A DNA stretch of 64,000 bases from Hormiphora californensis (GCA_020137815.1 CM035354.1:7130001-7194000), one strand, 5' to 3'. Shown: positions 23,986 through 35,934, counted from the stretch's first letter. Notes: generated from the letters alone by a model not told the origin. Translations and numbers: made by a program.

Positions 23986-25476
23986 TCAGTTTCCTTCTCC
24001 ACCCTCATGTTCAATTGCATCAACTGCAACTGCAACATCATGAATAACCTCCTCGACAGCTGCTACCTCCTTCTCAACCGCCTTCACCTCCTCCCCCACA
24101 GCCTCAACTAACCCCACCGTAGCCTCTACAACCTCTGCCAAACACTCCGATTCAACAGCCACTACCTCATCTACAACAGCACTGACAAGCGCTTCTGAGG
24201 TTTCCAGAAGGTGTTCAGTAGCGATCACAGCTGCTTTGGTATCCTCTATTACTACTTTGGTCGCCTCTTCTAGATCCGCAGCAACAGGCTCCTCAAGGAA
24301 CTGTTTTATATCTTCAGCAGGGGCAGGTACTGCAGGTTCAGGTCGGGCCGATTGTATCAGGTCAGACATCTTGGAAACAGCTGAAATACACAGTGACTTG
24401 GTTTGAGAGAATGAAACCGGAACTAATTTAGACGTTGGTGTATTCTACAGAATGTATGGTTGCTAGGGGAATGTATGGTTGCTAGGGGAATATATGGTTG
24501 CTAGGGTTAATATACCGTTGCTAAGGGCAGGTCCAGTAGCGGCCAGAGCGGATGAAGTAGATTGAACCGTGGAGAGTGTCTGGTCAGGAAAACACGCAGC
24601 TGATCCAACAGTTAGTCCTGCCAGTGGGTACAATATCCTAAAGAGAGGAATTAGTTCAAGAGTTAGTCATCGTGACTAAAAATAACCTTTCTTTCACCAC
24701 GACGTGGTGTTCAAACGCAGTGAGACAGGATCGACCTAGGAAAGGTAAGAGAGGGTCGATAACAACACACTAACCGTCTGAAGCCACCTCTTCTCCGTCC
24801 CTGTAGAACCCCTGAGAGGGTGCAGACCGCTACGACAGAGGACCGCTTCACTGTATCATAGGAAATAGGAACGAACTTTGTAACTGGCTTAACTGTTGAT
24901 AGGACCTGGGAGGGAAAAGGAGAGATTCACAGAGAACGCTCGTTATTTTATGAAATAAAATGCAGCGTGAGCATTGAGCCAGTAGCCACACAAAATTATA
25001 ACATAAAATAACTAGCTAATAGCTAGTGAAAGACAGTTTATGTATTGTCCCAGTATTGTCCCAGTACAGTGCGTCCAACATGTGTGTGTGTGTGCCAGCT
25101 GATAGATCGTACCTGTTGTTCCACTTCACGACATTGTTCCTGTCTCCTTGTTACCTCACTACACACATCCTGTTTAACCTCAACCACCTTCCTCCACCCA
25201 CTCGATAACGACCTGTGGGGGGGGGGGGCAATTACAGCCTATAACAGGTCAATTTAAAGTTTATCTAAATCATAAATTGTGTGGAAGAACTCGATCCGTT
25301 AAGATTTTAAAGATTTTCAAAAACTTCAACAAAATACCTCCCAGCCGCCACCCACCATTGTCCATTACCCCGCATTACCCTATAATGGAGGTGTCCTCAG
25401 CATCCTGAGGTACTTCAACTACTGCTGGAGATGTAGTTGCAGGTGGTGGAGGGTCGTAGATGTCTAGCTTGGACAT
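23986..25476 (-). CDS. MICOS subunit MIC26/MIC27 (ApoO family)-like protein with acidic C-terminal extension
   Basis: Exons 25476-25379 (MSKLDIYDPP), 25212-25113, 24905-24775 (SVVAVCTLSG..GRRRGGFRR, needs a 1-nt correction), 24637-24516 (ILYPLAGLTVGSAACFPDQT, cf. ApoO KKLVYP..AASLYYPQQA) and 24380-23986. Confidence 0.7.
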
Positions 25477-25738
25477 TCCCCCTAAAATCTACTGAACAGG
25501 AGTAACTATAGTTTTGAGTTTGAGTTTGTAATTTGGATTTGCAAGGGAAAAAAGGGGGAGGGGGGTGGGTTACGAAACATCACAACATTTTAAAATGTAA
25601 TCAGTTGTAGAAAACAAACAAAATCATATACACACAGAAATTCAAAGATTAAACGCAAACACCCATTCTACTTCACACACACACACAATAGATTAGTCAC
25701 AGAACCCTTTCTAAACAAAACACTACGTCATGACAACT

Positions 25739-26184
25739 CGTTACTATAGCAACACACGTGACGTCACTATTGCAACACACGTGACGTTACTATAGAAACA
25801 CACGTGACGTCACTATAGCAACACAAATGACGTCACTATAGAAACACACGTGACGTCACTATAGCAACACACATGACGTCACAATAGCAACACACGTGAC
25901 GTCACTATAGCAACACACGTGACGTCACTATAGCAACACACGTGACGTCACTATAGCAACACACGTGACGTCACTATAGAAACACACTTGACGTCACTAT
26001 AGCAACACACGTGACGTCACTATAGCAACACACGTGACGTCACTATAGCAACACACGTGACGTCACTATAGCAACACACGTGGCGTCACTATAGCAGCAC
26101 ACGTGACGTCACTATAGCAACACACGTGACGTCACTATAGCAACACACGTGACGTCACTATAGCAACACAAGTGACGTCACTAT
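25739..26184. repeat. 23-bp minisatellite CACACGTGACGTCACTATAGCAA, ~19 copies
   Basis: Highly homogeneous tandem units without spacers. Confidence 0.95.
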
Positions 26185-29100
26185 ATTTCATCGTCATCCC
26201 CAAAGGGATTCAAACTATCATCAATAGCAAAAGGGTTCGTATCCTCTACCACATCATCGAATGGATTGGTAGAAGATGCAGCTACTGGTTGTCTACTACC
26301 CCCTCCACTACCAGTATCAGATGCCTGATCATCATCACCAAACGGATTCTTGCTGTACAGTCTACTGTTCTCTGCAGAGGGGGGCCGCCGACCAAACCTC
26401 CTCGTTGCAGGGGAGGCGCTATTAGTAGTGGTGAAGGTGGTCGTGACCGGAGGGGGAGGTGGAGGGGGAAGGTAGGTGGGCCGAGATGTCATAAAGTCAT
26501 CCATTCCCTCATCAGCATCATCTCTAACTCCACTACTAGATCGGGCATCTCTTGCTCCACTACCAGGTCGTGGTGATGATTTGTAACCTCCTCTCCCCAC
26601 CATCTCTTCCTCTCCACCACTACTACCACTACTGTCTATACTACTGTTATCCTCTCCATCCTCTCCCCACAACTCGTGTAACAACTCCAACCTATCTGGA
26701 CCTCTCCTCACCTTTCTACTTGTATTCAACACCGCTCTCCACCCCTCAAAACCTACCCCTCCCATCCCTCCTCCTCCGTATACCCGTGTAGTGAGGACCT
26801 CCTTCCGACCTCCCACCACCCGATCACTCTCACACAACACACAATACTTGGTGCTCTGGTGCTCCACACAGGCAGTGTGGCAGGTATGTGCACAACAGAA
26901 CACGAGGAAAGATCCCGGCTCGGAGGTGGGGGATATGACGTGACAGCACACAACACACGTGATGTCTGTGACATTCCGTCCCCGGAGTAGCTCCGCCCTA
27001 TCCTTCCTCAGCGCAGTGAAGATATCGTTATGAACGATTTGTTTGGTGCTTGTCAGCAGTACCTCTTCGTACATCAACGTATCCAGCATGTTACCTATCA
27101 CCCTCTTGATATCTCCATACGTCCTCAACATCTTACTGGAACTACTTTTAATCAGCTTATCCAAGACTTTAGATGAGCTAACAAAACCGAGCATGTTATC
27201 TATCAGGCCCTCCTGAAGGGTCACACAATCCTGGCCAGAGTCCAGAGAGAGAAGGAGGTCCACAAGGGAGAACCAGTAGGATTCCTTGTCACCCGGAGAG
27301 AGCTGGTGAGAATTCCTCTGACAGAAACTGATGATCTTTGTTAGTGTCTCCTCGATAAAGTTCAGTTGCCCCTCATCAATACGGATCCCTCAGCACGTCG
27401 TAGTAGAGTTTAAAGGCATCAGAAAGCTCCCCTTTCCTCTCGTAAAGATATGCTGCAGCATCCTTTAGGTTAGCAATCAGACACATTTCAAGGATCGTAT
27501 CGAGATTGTAACCAGCCGCAACTCTCAAATACGGACACACAAACTCAGGATTGTATCTCGTCATCAGATCTATGTAAAGATGATGTATGGAAGGGGTTAA
27601 CAACTCCTTCCTCTTCACCCCTCTCCTTGCTAACATCAAACACACACTGGAGAAGGGAGTACAACACCCTCGGTTTCCCTCTCAACATCTCTACTATCTG
27701 CTCCAGATCCGCACTAAACACCTTGAGGAATCAGAGTGGCAGTGTCCTCGTTGTTTATTGCAATCAGCTTATCAATGTTCCCCACACATGTTTCTCTGAT
27801 CTTAACCCTGTCCGCGTCAGTGTAGTTGCCGTTCATTACTTGATAGATGAAGGAGAAGACCTTGTCGGTTCTGCTGGTGTCCGACCAGTAGCAGTAGAGG
27901 ACTCTGTCATACTCGCCACGCCGCTCGTAAATCACCTCACTCACCTGGGAGTATCATAAAAGAAGAGTTAGTATTTGAGTAAGATGTTGTACCACGAACT
28001 ACGGTCTACGAAGAGGGTTTGGGTTTATATCAGGATTCAGGGGTTTTACACATTGTAGGGGGAGGAAACAGGTCACAAACAACAGAACAACCAACATTAC
28101 ATAACATGTGTAACAAAGTAGTCGAGTCAGTACACAACAACCATCACCAGAAATCTACACAGCATGTTACCTGATAAAACTCAGCCCTCTCAGACAGCTC
28201 CAACAACCTCGCCTCATTGAACTCCTCAATACCCACTGACAGCACCAGCTCCAACAGCGCCTGTTCCCTCTCCTCGTGCCCATACAGGTCATTAGTTGCC
28301 AGACAATCCAGTGCCTGGTCCAGGTACTTCTTGTCAAGATAGAAGGAATGATGCACCTTGGCCCTTGCCAGGAACGTGAACAAGTTCCCTATTTGGAGGG
28401 GTGTGTAATTGCTCCCCTCCTCGATCATCACATACAGCAGGATATCAATGACTATCTGGTGTATTGGTAGGCACTCCCCGTGACTAAAACTAACGATCAT
28501 CACATTAAGGAACTCTCTCGTATCAAGGTCCAATATCATCTTCACAAAAGGGTAATCAGGTTCCATGTCATCATCCATTTCCTCCCCACTGTGCCGACAA
28601 AACACCGTATTAAACACATTATTCTGGATCCTTGTCACCTCGTCTGGATCAGTAGCGTGCACGTTCCCCACCAGACAGTTGCTAATGTACATGAGGACCA
28701 CGTACCCAACCTGCTTGTGGGTCGGGTCTCCGTGTAACAGTTGGGGTCCCAGGATCTCCAACAAGTCTCGGAGTGGAGTCTGGTAGTCATGGAGACAAGC
28801 GTTATAGATGAACAGTGTCCCTTGGTACAGATCATACTCCCTGCAAAGGAGCAGGGTGTTGTGGATGTCCAGGTTGTGGGGGTCCAGCTGAAGGATGCAG
28901 TTCTCGAATGTATCCAGTTTTCCAGCCCCCTGGAAATGCCCCAACAGCTCCTTCATCAAAACAGGGTTCAGAGATTTGATCTTGTTACCCGTAACATAAG
29001 GTTCCAGTGCCTCAAAGAATGTCCTTTGCACGGCCGGGATTTTGGAGAGAAGAGAGTAGATTTCATCGTAGATTAGTTGTGTGTTGTCCGTCCGGACACA

Positions 29101-30741
29101 AGCGTTGATGCACCGATCGAGAGATATAGCCAGTTGGCCCAGATCTTGCTGTGTCTCCTCAATGTAATGTGAGAAGATGTCAAATATGAGACCCAAACAC
29201 GACTCCCGGACACGATCCATGTCCCTGAACACGAGAGAGCTCACCCCTTTACCTTTTCCAGCGTAGAAAGTGAGCGCTAAATCGAGTGCACCCTCAAAAT
29301 GCATGTCCCGCTGTAAATCAACAATTCTTTGCCGCCACGGGTTGGAAACTATCTTCAATATGTCACGTGCCCCCAGGATCCACGTGGCGCCAGGATAGCT
29401 AACAATAGTGTTGTAACACGCGTACTGAGAAGCCACGTGCATGGCCTTACTAACATTCCCACCCGTTGTTAGGGACCGATAGAACGCCGTACTGTAACAC
29501 AACCCAATATCAGGTACACATGTAACAGTCTGAAGGCGTGACAGACTCCCAACATCCACAAGATGCAACTTTTCCGTGCTGTCCAGAACTCCCACAGTGT
29601 TAGTGTTAAACCAAAACACGGATATCAGCCGGAACTCGAAACTACAGGATTTAATCTTCCTGGGAAACACCTGACCGAGTGAGTCCACGTGAAGGGAGTA
29701 CATGACAAATCGAGATGCACGTGCAACTAGGAGTTTAGGGTTCGGACAATCCAGGGGGTGGTAGTACCACTTGATAGAGGGTAGGGAGGTCGCATCACCC
29801 CACAACTTTATCCGGTATTTCACATTAGGATATGGTTTTAGGGAGATTAACATGACCTGCCTGAAGGAGCACAACCCGATAATAGACAGTGGATAGTAAG
29901 GGTGATCGTAGTTCACCATGAGTCTCTCGATATCTAACACCTCGCCATGTGACCCACTGAATAAACACGTGCTATCTGAGCTCCTCATCGTTAGTTTCTT
30001 AGTTAACTTCACCTCAAACACAGACCCCTGGGAGACAATATACAGGAAATTAGTCCGATCCACTACAATCACCTTGATGACAGTGCTACCAGGTACTTTA
30101 ACATCAACCCTCTGAATATGTGAACCAGTGTCAACATCCCAGATGTGGATGGCACCTGCTGTGTAGGATGCAACTAGGATACCATCAAGTGAACTGAGGG
30201 AGGTCACCGGGCCGCTATCACTACCCACTTTACCCGTGTTGATCTGGGTATGAGACTGCCCATCCGGGGTCATGATTCCTATTTTGCCCGATTGAAACCC
30301 GATACCGACATCTTTACCCACGATGCAGACAGCAGTGGCCCGGTCCTTTCTGCTACACACACCTCCTAGCAGGGAGAGAGGAGATGATTTCACTATCTCT
30401 CCATACAGAACCCTGTTTGTTTTTATCTCTCCTCCACCACCAGGAACTAACTGTCTGGGTCGTCCAAAACTGGAGCTGTTTGATATTATCGACTGTATAT
30501 CATCATCCACACACAGAACGCTGTGGATATCCTCTCGCAGATCACTATCAAGGAGGTTTATCGGGTCATCCTGAGCCAGGATATCATCCAGAGAGGGAAG
30601 GACTGTCAGTTCGGGGATATCGAGATCTTCCACTCCAGATTTTAGGGATTCAGTATCGTTAGATTCGATAATCTTTTTCAGCTGCTGGTTTATCAGTTCT
30701 GTCTCCCGCTCCTCTCTATCCCTCAGCCTGATGTCCTCCAT
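26181..30741 (-). CDS. VPS8: Vacuolar protein sorting 8 (CORVET subunit), 2 exons
   Basis: Exon 1 30741-28171: acidic N-terminus, WD40 propeller, CLFSGSHGEV, FYRSLTTGGNVSKAM, LDTREFLNV, EEREQALLEL. Exon 2 27944-26181: CHCR-like region and RING (C..C..CCAHTCH..C..C..C), with ~4 single-base frameshifts at ~27725, ~27615, ~27380 and ~27295. Confidence 0.92.
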
Positions 30742-31153
30742 TGCTGACAACTAGTAGTAGTCGGGGCCACTATATGTGGAGGAATGGGAGATAACAGAAG
30801 GATGCAGAAGTGATGAGGTGGTCAGACGAGAGTGTAGGAAAGTGTTACCACATTGTGTGTGGCAAAACACCACTGTTGAAATGTCACGGCGGTACCATTG
30901 TTACACTAGAAAGGGAGGGAGATTGTTAATGTATAGGGGAGGGGGAGATTTTCAATGTAGAGGGGAGGGGGAGATCGGAGATAAGAAAAGACATAAAATT
31001 TAGTTACACATTAACTTACATCAACAGAAAGCAATAAATTTACAAAACTCTGAATCTTTACAAACTAACCCTTATATAAATCTGCACCAAAACATTTAAT
31101 CTGAATCTAAAAACTTTGAAGAAATCTGTTTAACAAACGAGCGTCTTTAGTTT

Positions 31154-34100
31154 TTATTTGTCTGAGCTTTTAGCAATTATGTCCTCGCTTTTTCCGCCTG
31201 AACCCTGAAACTCCTTGCAAATTCTCCCGGAAACCTCCCACAACTTTTCCTGAACATCCTCCATTATCCACTTCTTTTTCAGTGGTTTTATTCTACAGGA
31301 GGAGTAATACTGATCCCTCTCTACACTGGCATCTGTAGCACAATGAATAGAAGTAGCCGCCCCTTGTTCTGGCGTTTTGCCAAATTTAAAGACACACCTG
31401 AAACACCCCGCCCAGCAACCGCTAATATCTCTATCTATATCGGTGTTTACCATACCAGGGTGTAGGGAGACTGCTGTAACGTCAGGATATCGCTTAGAGA
31501 ACTCCTTAGCAAAGTAGATCCTTGCCCTGTTACTGGCAGCGTACTTTTTAAACTGGGTGTCGAGGTTTGCATCTTTGGGAAGGGGTTGGAATAGGGAGGG
31601 AAGAGGGTCCCCCTCAAGATCAGGTTGTGTAATGTTGTAACCTTCATGGGCATCTGAGGAGACCACTACCAGTCGAGCATTGGATGAAACCAGCAAATCA
31701 GCTGAAAAAGATGTTATACTTTAGCGCAACAATCAATTGGGAAGTATTCTTTGTTTCTATGCAAAAAGATAGGGTTGAGTAAGGTTTAGTTTTCTGTTGT
31801 TTGAACTTACTGAGAAGCATTGCGAGATAAAAGTGTCCCAGATAGTTTATTCCAATAGTCGCATCCACCCCTTCCTTGGTAGCCCTAAACGGAGGACAAA
31901 TAACTCCTGCATTGTTTACTAGAATATCCAGTCTATCTTTATCTTTTTTAAACTGTTCACCAAACTCCCGGATACTTTCAAAAGATGCCAAGTCAACCAA
32001 GAAGTATCGGACCTGAAAAGGCTTGATTATGATTGAATATTAGGACATAACGGCTCTGTCTGCACCATTTTAGTTGTGTTGATTTTTTGGCATACGCTGC
32101 AGGCCCCTCTACGAGTGTATATATATATATATATAGGGTCTGTAGCGTATTCCAAATTGAGTTTGGTTTAGTTTCGGGGAGGGGGAGCGAGTTGGGGAAG
32201 GGTTTCGTTGATAAGGACCTTTTGGCTCTTTCTCGGGTATTAGGTATTAGGGGATGGTTGGGTTTAAACTTGTTTCTAGTTGCCGCTTGCCGTTAAACAG
32301 GAAGTTAAAGACAGAAAACGCACTGCTATAATGATAATTAGTTTATTAATTTTAAGTTTCCATCATTAAAGACAAATCAGATTTAAAAATTGATAAAAAC
32401 GTGCTGGTTTATTAAAAATATGACATTTATTGTTATCCTTTCTTCGTCCCAAAATAAAATGTTTATAAAAAGCCTCCCTCACTATCAGTTACACTGTCTT
32501 GTTCGCTGATATCACTGTCCCCACTGTCCTCATAACTAGGCCGATCAAAGTATTTACAACCGTCATAAATTCTGTCAGGCAACAAATTAGGAACAAGCTC
32601 ACGTTCATCCAAATCAGAACATTGTTGAGTGCAGAAATAACTGATAATGTTTACAAGATAGTTCTCCTTGTCCTTTCCTGCGTTGACCAGTTCAGTTATT
32701 GCGAAGATGAGGTCCTGAGGCGGTAGGTTTAGGGTTTCAACAAGAAGAAACCTGTTAGAGACCAAGGTTAACCAGACGGGGTGTTTGCTCCTAATCGCAA
32801 ACTCAACCATCCACTCATCGGACATCGTAGAACCCTCATGATCAGACTTCTCGTTCATCGCCATCACAAGGTATTTAAATACCCCATCAACCTGGTACAT
32901 GGTAGCCCACGGTAACAGCCACTCCCAGACCTCCTTCAGAGTCGCATGCTCTTCAACACCCTTCCCACCCTCACCCAGAATGAGCTTGAGGGCCTCCAAG
33001 ATACGCTGAGGGGCTGAGGGAACGGTCATGGTTCGGGTTCGACCTTCCTCAAAACTTGAAGCAAGCATGCTTTTCAGAATGGGAGATGACAGATCTTGTT
33101 CGGTAACCTCCACCCCTGGTGCCCCTTCCTCCCCGAGAATTCTTACCATCCCGGTAATATGTCCCTTCTTGGGAGACTGTTCCTCTCTTAGATGCTCGGT
33201 CTGTGAACCCTGCAAATACCGGACTAGACAGAGGAAGAGTCGAAGAAGTAATTCCGGAGGATCTGTTTCCCGCGGTTCCACGATGTTACAGAGGGAAGGA
33301 CCGAGCTTAGTATCGAATCTCACTGACAGAAATACTTCCGAAAGTTCCACCAGATACTCGCTCGGATCAGATTCTGCACGAAGACTGTTCACCCAATGCA
33401 GACTAATCTCAGTATTCATAATTTTATCAGAGCCAAAGTCCCAGAATTTCTTGAGTTCGCAGTTCTGCCTTGGTGATGTCAGCCCCTCTTCGTGGGCCCA
33501 CGGAGGATCTGTTTCCCGTGGTTCAATGATGATACTAAGTCCGTGGGCTTTTTTCGCTGCTCTTTTCAAGTCGACTGCTAGTTTTGGAGTGACTGAGTGG
33601 TTCTGTCGTAGTTTGTAAATCTCACGTAGTCCAATACATCTGAGCAGGGGATGCGTGTTGATGTGCCAAAATGAAGCTTGGAGTGATTTGCCGTTAAATG
33701 TACCCGAATACAGCGAGGAAAAAGATTTGGTGAACCAGGTTCCATACTTGGCAAACAAGTCCATGACAAGAATGATATGTTCCTTCGTTACAGAAATACG
33801 GAATACTTCGTCCTCAGCCAGTTCAATGACATCCTTTGTTACCGTAGCAACCACTTCCTTCACTGATTCAGTGCACTCAGTACAGTCCAGTTTGCGAAGA
33901 GCTTTTAGAAATTTGACGATCACCTCATTTAAAAGTTTTTCCTTCTGGAATACCCTATAAACCCGTGTTCCACCCCTCTCTAAGAAGAGGAAGAGGGCAT
34001 CACGACAAGCCTTCGCCCACTTCTCCACAGATTCACGGGGTTTAGATATGAAAGAAGCTAACGCCTGGTAAACACCCTCGGAAATGGGCATGGCCAGTCC

Positions 34101-35626
34101 CTCCCGATTAATCTTTCGAAGTGCGCCGATAACCTCAACATATCTCTGATCAGCACATTTCGTAGTATTGAGGACACTGGCGAAGGCTTTGTCCCTGCTC
34201 GCTGGAGTGGTTTTGTACAAAATCGCTTTGGTATCGCCATGAGCATCTAAGTACAGTTTAGCTAGGCCTTCCGGATACAAAACACATATTTCCTTCGCCA
34301 AATCACCGAGATTCTTCCTCAAATTATCATCCACAGCAAAGCATTTCTGCAAGGAAGAAGGGAGACGGTCTTTTATGGCTACATAGGTAAATACCGTTTT
34401 AGTAATGCCCATCACGACGGAACCTTCTAAACAGCGGAGTTTAATGGCCAACTCGGCAACAGAGTTTACCAGGTTCACAAACGCTTTATATTCTTCCATG
34501 TCTCGAGTAGAAAAGGAAAAGTCGCCCATTATTTTAGTCAGCTCGGTAAAGATCAGTCTATCATTTGTAGCTAGAGTCTGTTTATTCAACAACTGTGTTT
34601 CTAGATACTCAAACACTTTTTGAAAGGCAAATATTGGATCTTCCTGCTCGTTTCTAAATTTTGTGTTGCTCATAAACTTGAGAGATTGAAGGTAGCAGTC
34701 TGGAATCTCCAAGAAGTTGTCAACGACGAATGGCCGATAAAAATCCCTCCAATCGTCATCTTTCATCTCGTTCAAAATGATAAGGAGACTGTTGATGAGA
34801 TCTGGAGGAAGGTTCTTGCGAGAAATCAGGATAGGAATTGAGTACTTGAAGGTGGACTCTTTCAGCAGCTCAACCTTCTCCCCAGATCCGCAGTAAAGTC
34901 TAAAAATATCCTCGAGAATTTTCTGTATTGCTTGGTAATCCCAGAAGTCTGGACTCTGCACCAGCAGAGCACGTAGATCCTCACAATCGTCTTCGATGCA
35001 TCGAGCTTGGCGCTTGGCAGGTGGCTCTGTCATGAAATGGGTCCTAAAAGGTAGAGTGTGTGAAAGGGGGAAGGAGAAGAGTCAATTCCTAGAGCGTATA
35101 ACATTGGTGCTCCGTGCTATTGGCCGCCTGCATAAACCGTTGTCCAAGACACAGTCCACGACCTCTTAGACTCATTCTACTGACATTGAATGCTTTATTG
35201 TGCACCTTGGACTTCGTGGACCGCGTCGCGGGCGGCCAATATGACGGAGCACCAATGAAATAACACTAGGTGGTCGAAACTAGAAAGTCTATGGTCATGG
35301 ACTATAGTGGATGGGATCGATGGAAGGCAAATTGGACTAACTAGGGGACCCCTAGTGGGGTCATGGGGTCATTCAGGGTCATGGGTTCAGGAAGTTAACT
35401 CAGTTAAGTTTTGGTATGAAAATTTTAAATATTTACACATAATTATTACATTATCGTGTCCTGCAGCAGTTTTGATCTCTTTCACTGCCTCCTCGCAAGT
35501 CTCTTTATTTCTACCGATTATGGTTACATCTGCACCCCTCTCGGCCAGAGCAAGGGCAGTTGGTTTTCCTATTCCACTATTTCCACCTGTCACTAGGACC
35601 GTCTTACCTTCCAATTCCTTCACCAT
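31154..35626 (-). CDS. Short-chain dehydrogenase/reductase (RDH11-14/WWOX-like), paralog 3
   Basis: Exons 35626-35450 (TGGNSGIG), 32012-31811 (DLAS..DILVNNAG..NYLGHF) and 31701-31154 (SLHPGMVNT, KTPEQGAATSI). Intron 1 is 3.4 kb and hosts another gene. Confidence 0.88.
32463..35033 (-). CDS. 856-aa intronless protein: helical (ARM-like?) body plus C-terminal BTB-like segment
   Basis: Long uninterrupted ORF; N-terminal PPAKRQAR NLS-like motif; LSSPILKSMLASSFEEG..ATMYQVDG resembles the BTB core; acidic S/D tail; acceptor TTTTAG 10 nt before the ATG. Confidence 0.75.
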   Translation of the reverse strand: MTEPPAKRQARCIEDDCEDLRALLVQSPDFWDYQAIQKILEDIFRLYCGSGEKVELLKESTFKYSIPILISRKNLPPDLINSLLIILNEMKDDDWRDFYRPFVVDNFLEIPDCYLQSLKFMSNTKFRNEQEDPIFAFQKVFEYLETQLLNKQTLATNDRLIFTELTKIMGDFSFSTRDMEEYKAFVNLVNSVAELAIKLRCLEGSVVMGITKTVFTYVAIKDRLPSSLQKCFAVDDNLRKNLGDLAKEICVLYPEGLAKLYLDAHGDTKAILYKTTPASRDKAFASVLNTTKCADQRYVEVIGALRKINREGLAMPISEGVYQALASFISKPRESVEKWAKACRDALFLFLERGGTRVYRVFQKEKLLNEVIVKFLKALRKLDCTECTESVKEVVATVTKDVIELAEDEVFRISVTKEHIILVMDLFAKYGTWFTKSFSSLYSGTFNGKSLQASFWHINTHPLLRCIGLREIYKLRQNHSVTPKLAVDLKRAAKKAHGLSIIIEPRETDPPWAHEEGLTSPRQNCELKKFWDFGSDKIMNTEISLHWVNSLRAESDPSEYLVELSEVFLSVRFDTKLGPSLCNIVEPRETDPPELLLRLFLCLVRYLQGSQTEHLREEQSPKKGHITGMVRILGEEGAPGVEVTEQDLSSPILKSMLASSFEEGRTRTMTVPSAPQRILEALKLILGEGGKGVEEHATLKEVWEWLLPWATMYQVDGVFKYLVMAMNEKSDHEGSTMSDEWMVEFAIRSKHPVWLTLVSNRFLLVETLNLPPQDLIFAITELVNAGKDKENYLVNIISYFCTQQCSDLDERELVPNLLPDRIYDGCKYFDRPSYEDSGDSDISEQDSVTDSEGGFL
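35089..35269. mobile_element. MITE-like inverted repeat
   Basis: CATTGGTGCTCCGT..TATTGGCCGCC / GGCGGCCAATA..ACGGAGCACCAATG imperfect arms; CTAG at both ends. Confidence 0.6.
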
Positions 35627-35934
35627 TGGTTTACCCTAGAGGATGTGGAAGCGGTAAATCGAGGTTCGACTGTACAAACTACAAACACAGTAAGTTTAGA
35701 TGAAAATAAGTTTGTTATCTAAGATAAAAAAGAGGTACACATTACATTATTTAGGTAAGTAAAAAAGAAACCAATAACTACTGAACAAATAAAAAATCTT
35801 AAATTTTCAAAATATTCTCTTAATTCTGAATTTAAAAAAGCATACTCTGATACGAAAAAACTAAAAAAGAAGGTTCTAAAGAAATAAAACACATTAGCGT
35901 GTAAACATAACTCCTGGATTAGTTCTGTCCTGAT

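Noticed and set aside
25739-26184. CRISPR-like array
   Set aside because: Units are contiguous with no unique spacers, the context is eukaryotic, and there are no cas genes.
27260-27730. VPS8 as pseudogene or programmed frameshifting
   Set aside because: Single-base shifts cluster in short homopolymers in an otherwise conserved gene; the assembly is error-prone elsewhere.
33028-33960. Plus-strand ORFs of 196 aa and 101 aa (and similar ones within VPS8)
   Set aside because: Antisense shadows of real minus-strand coding sequence.
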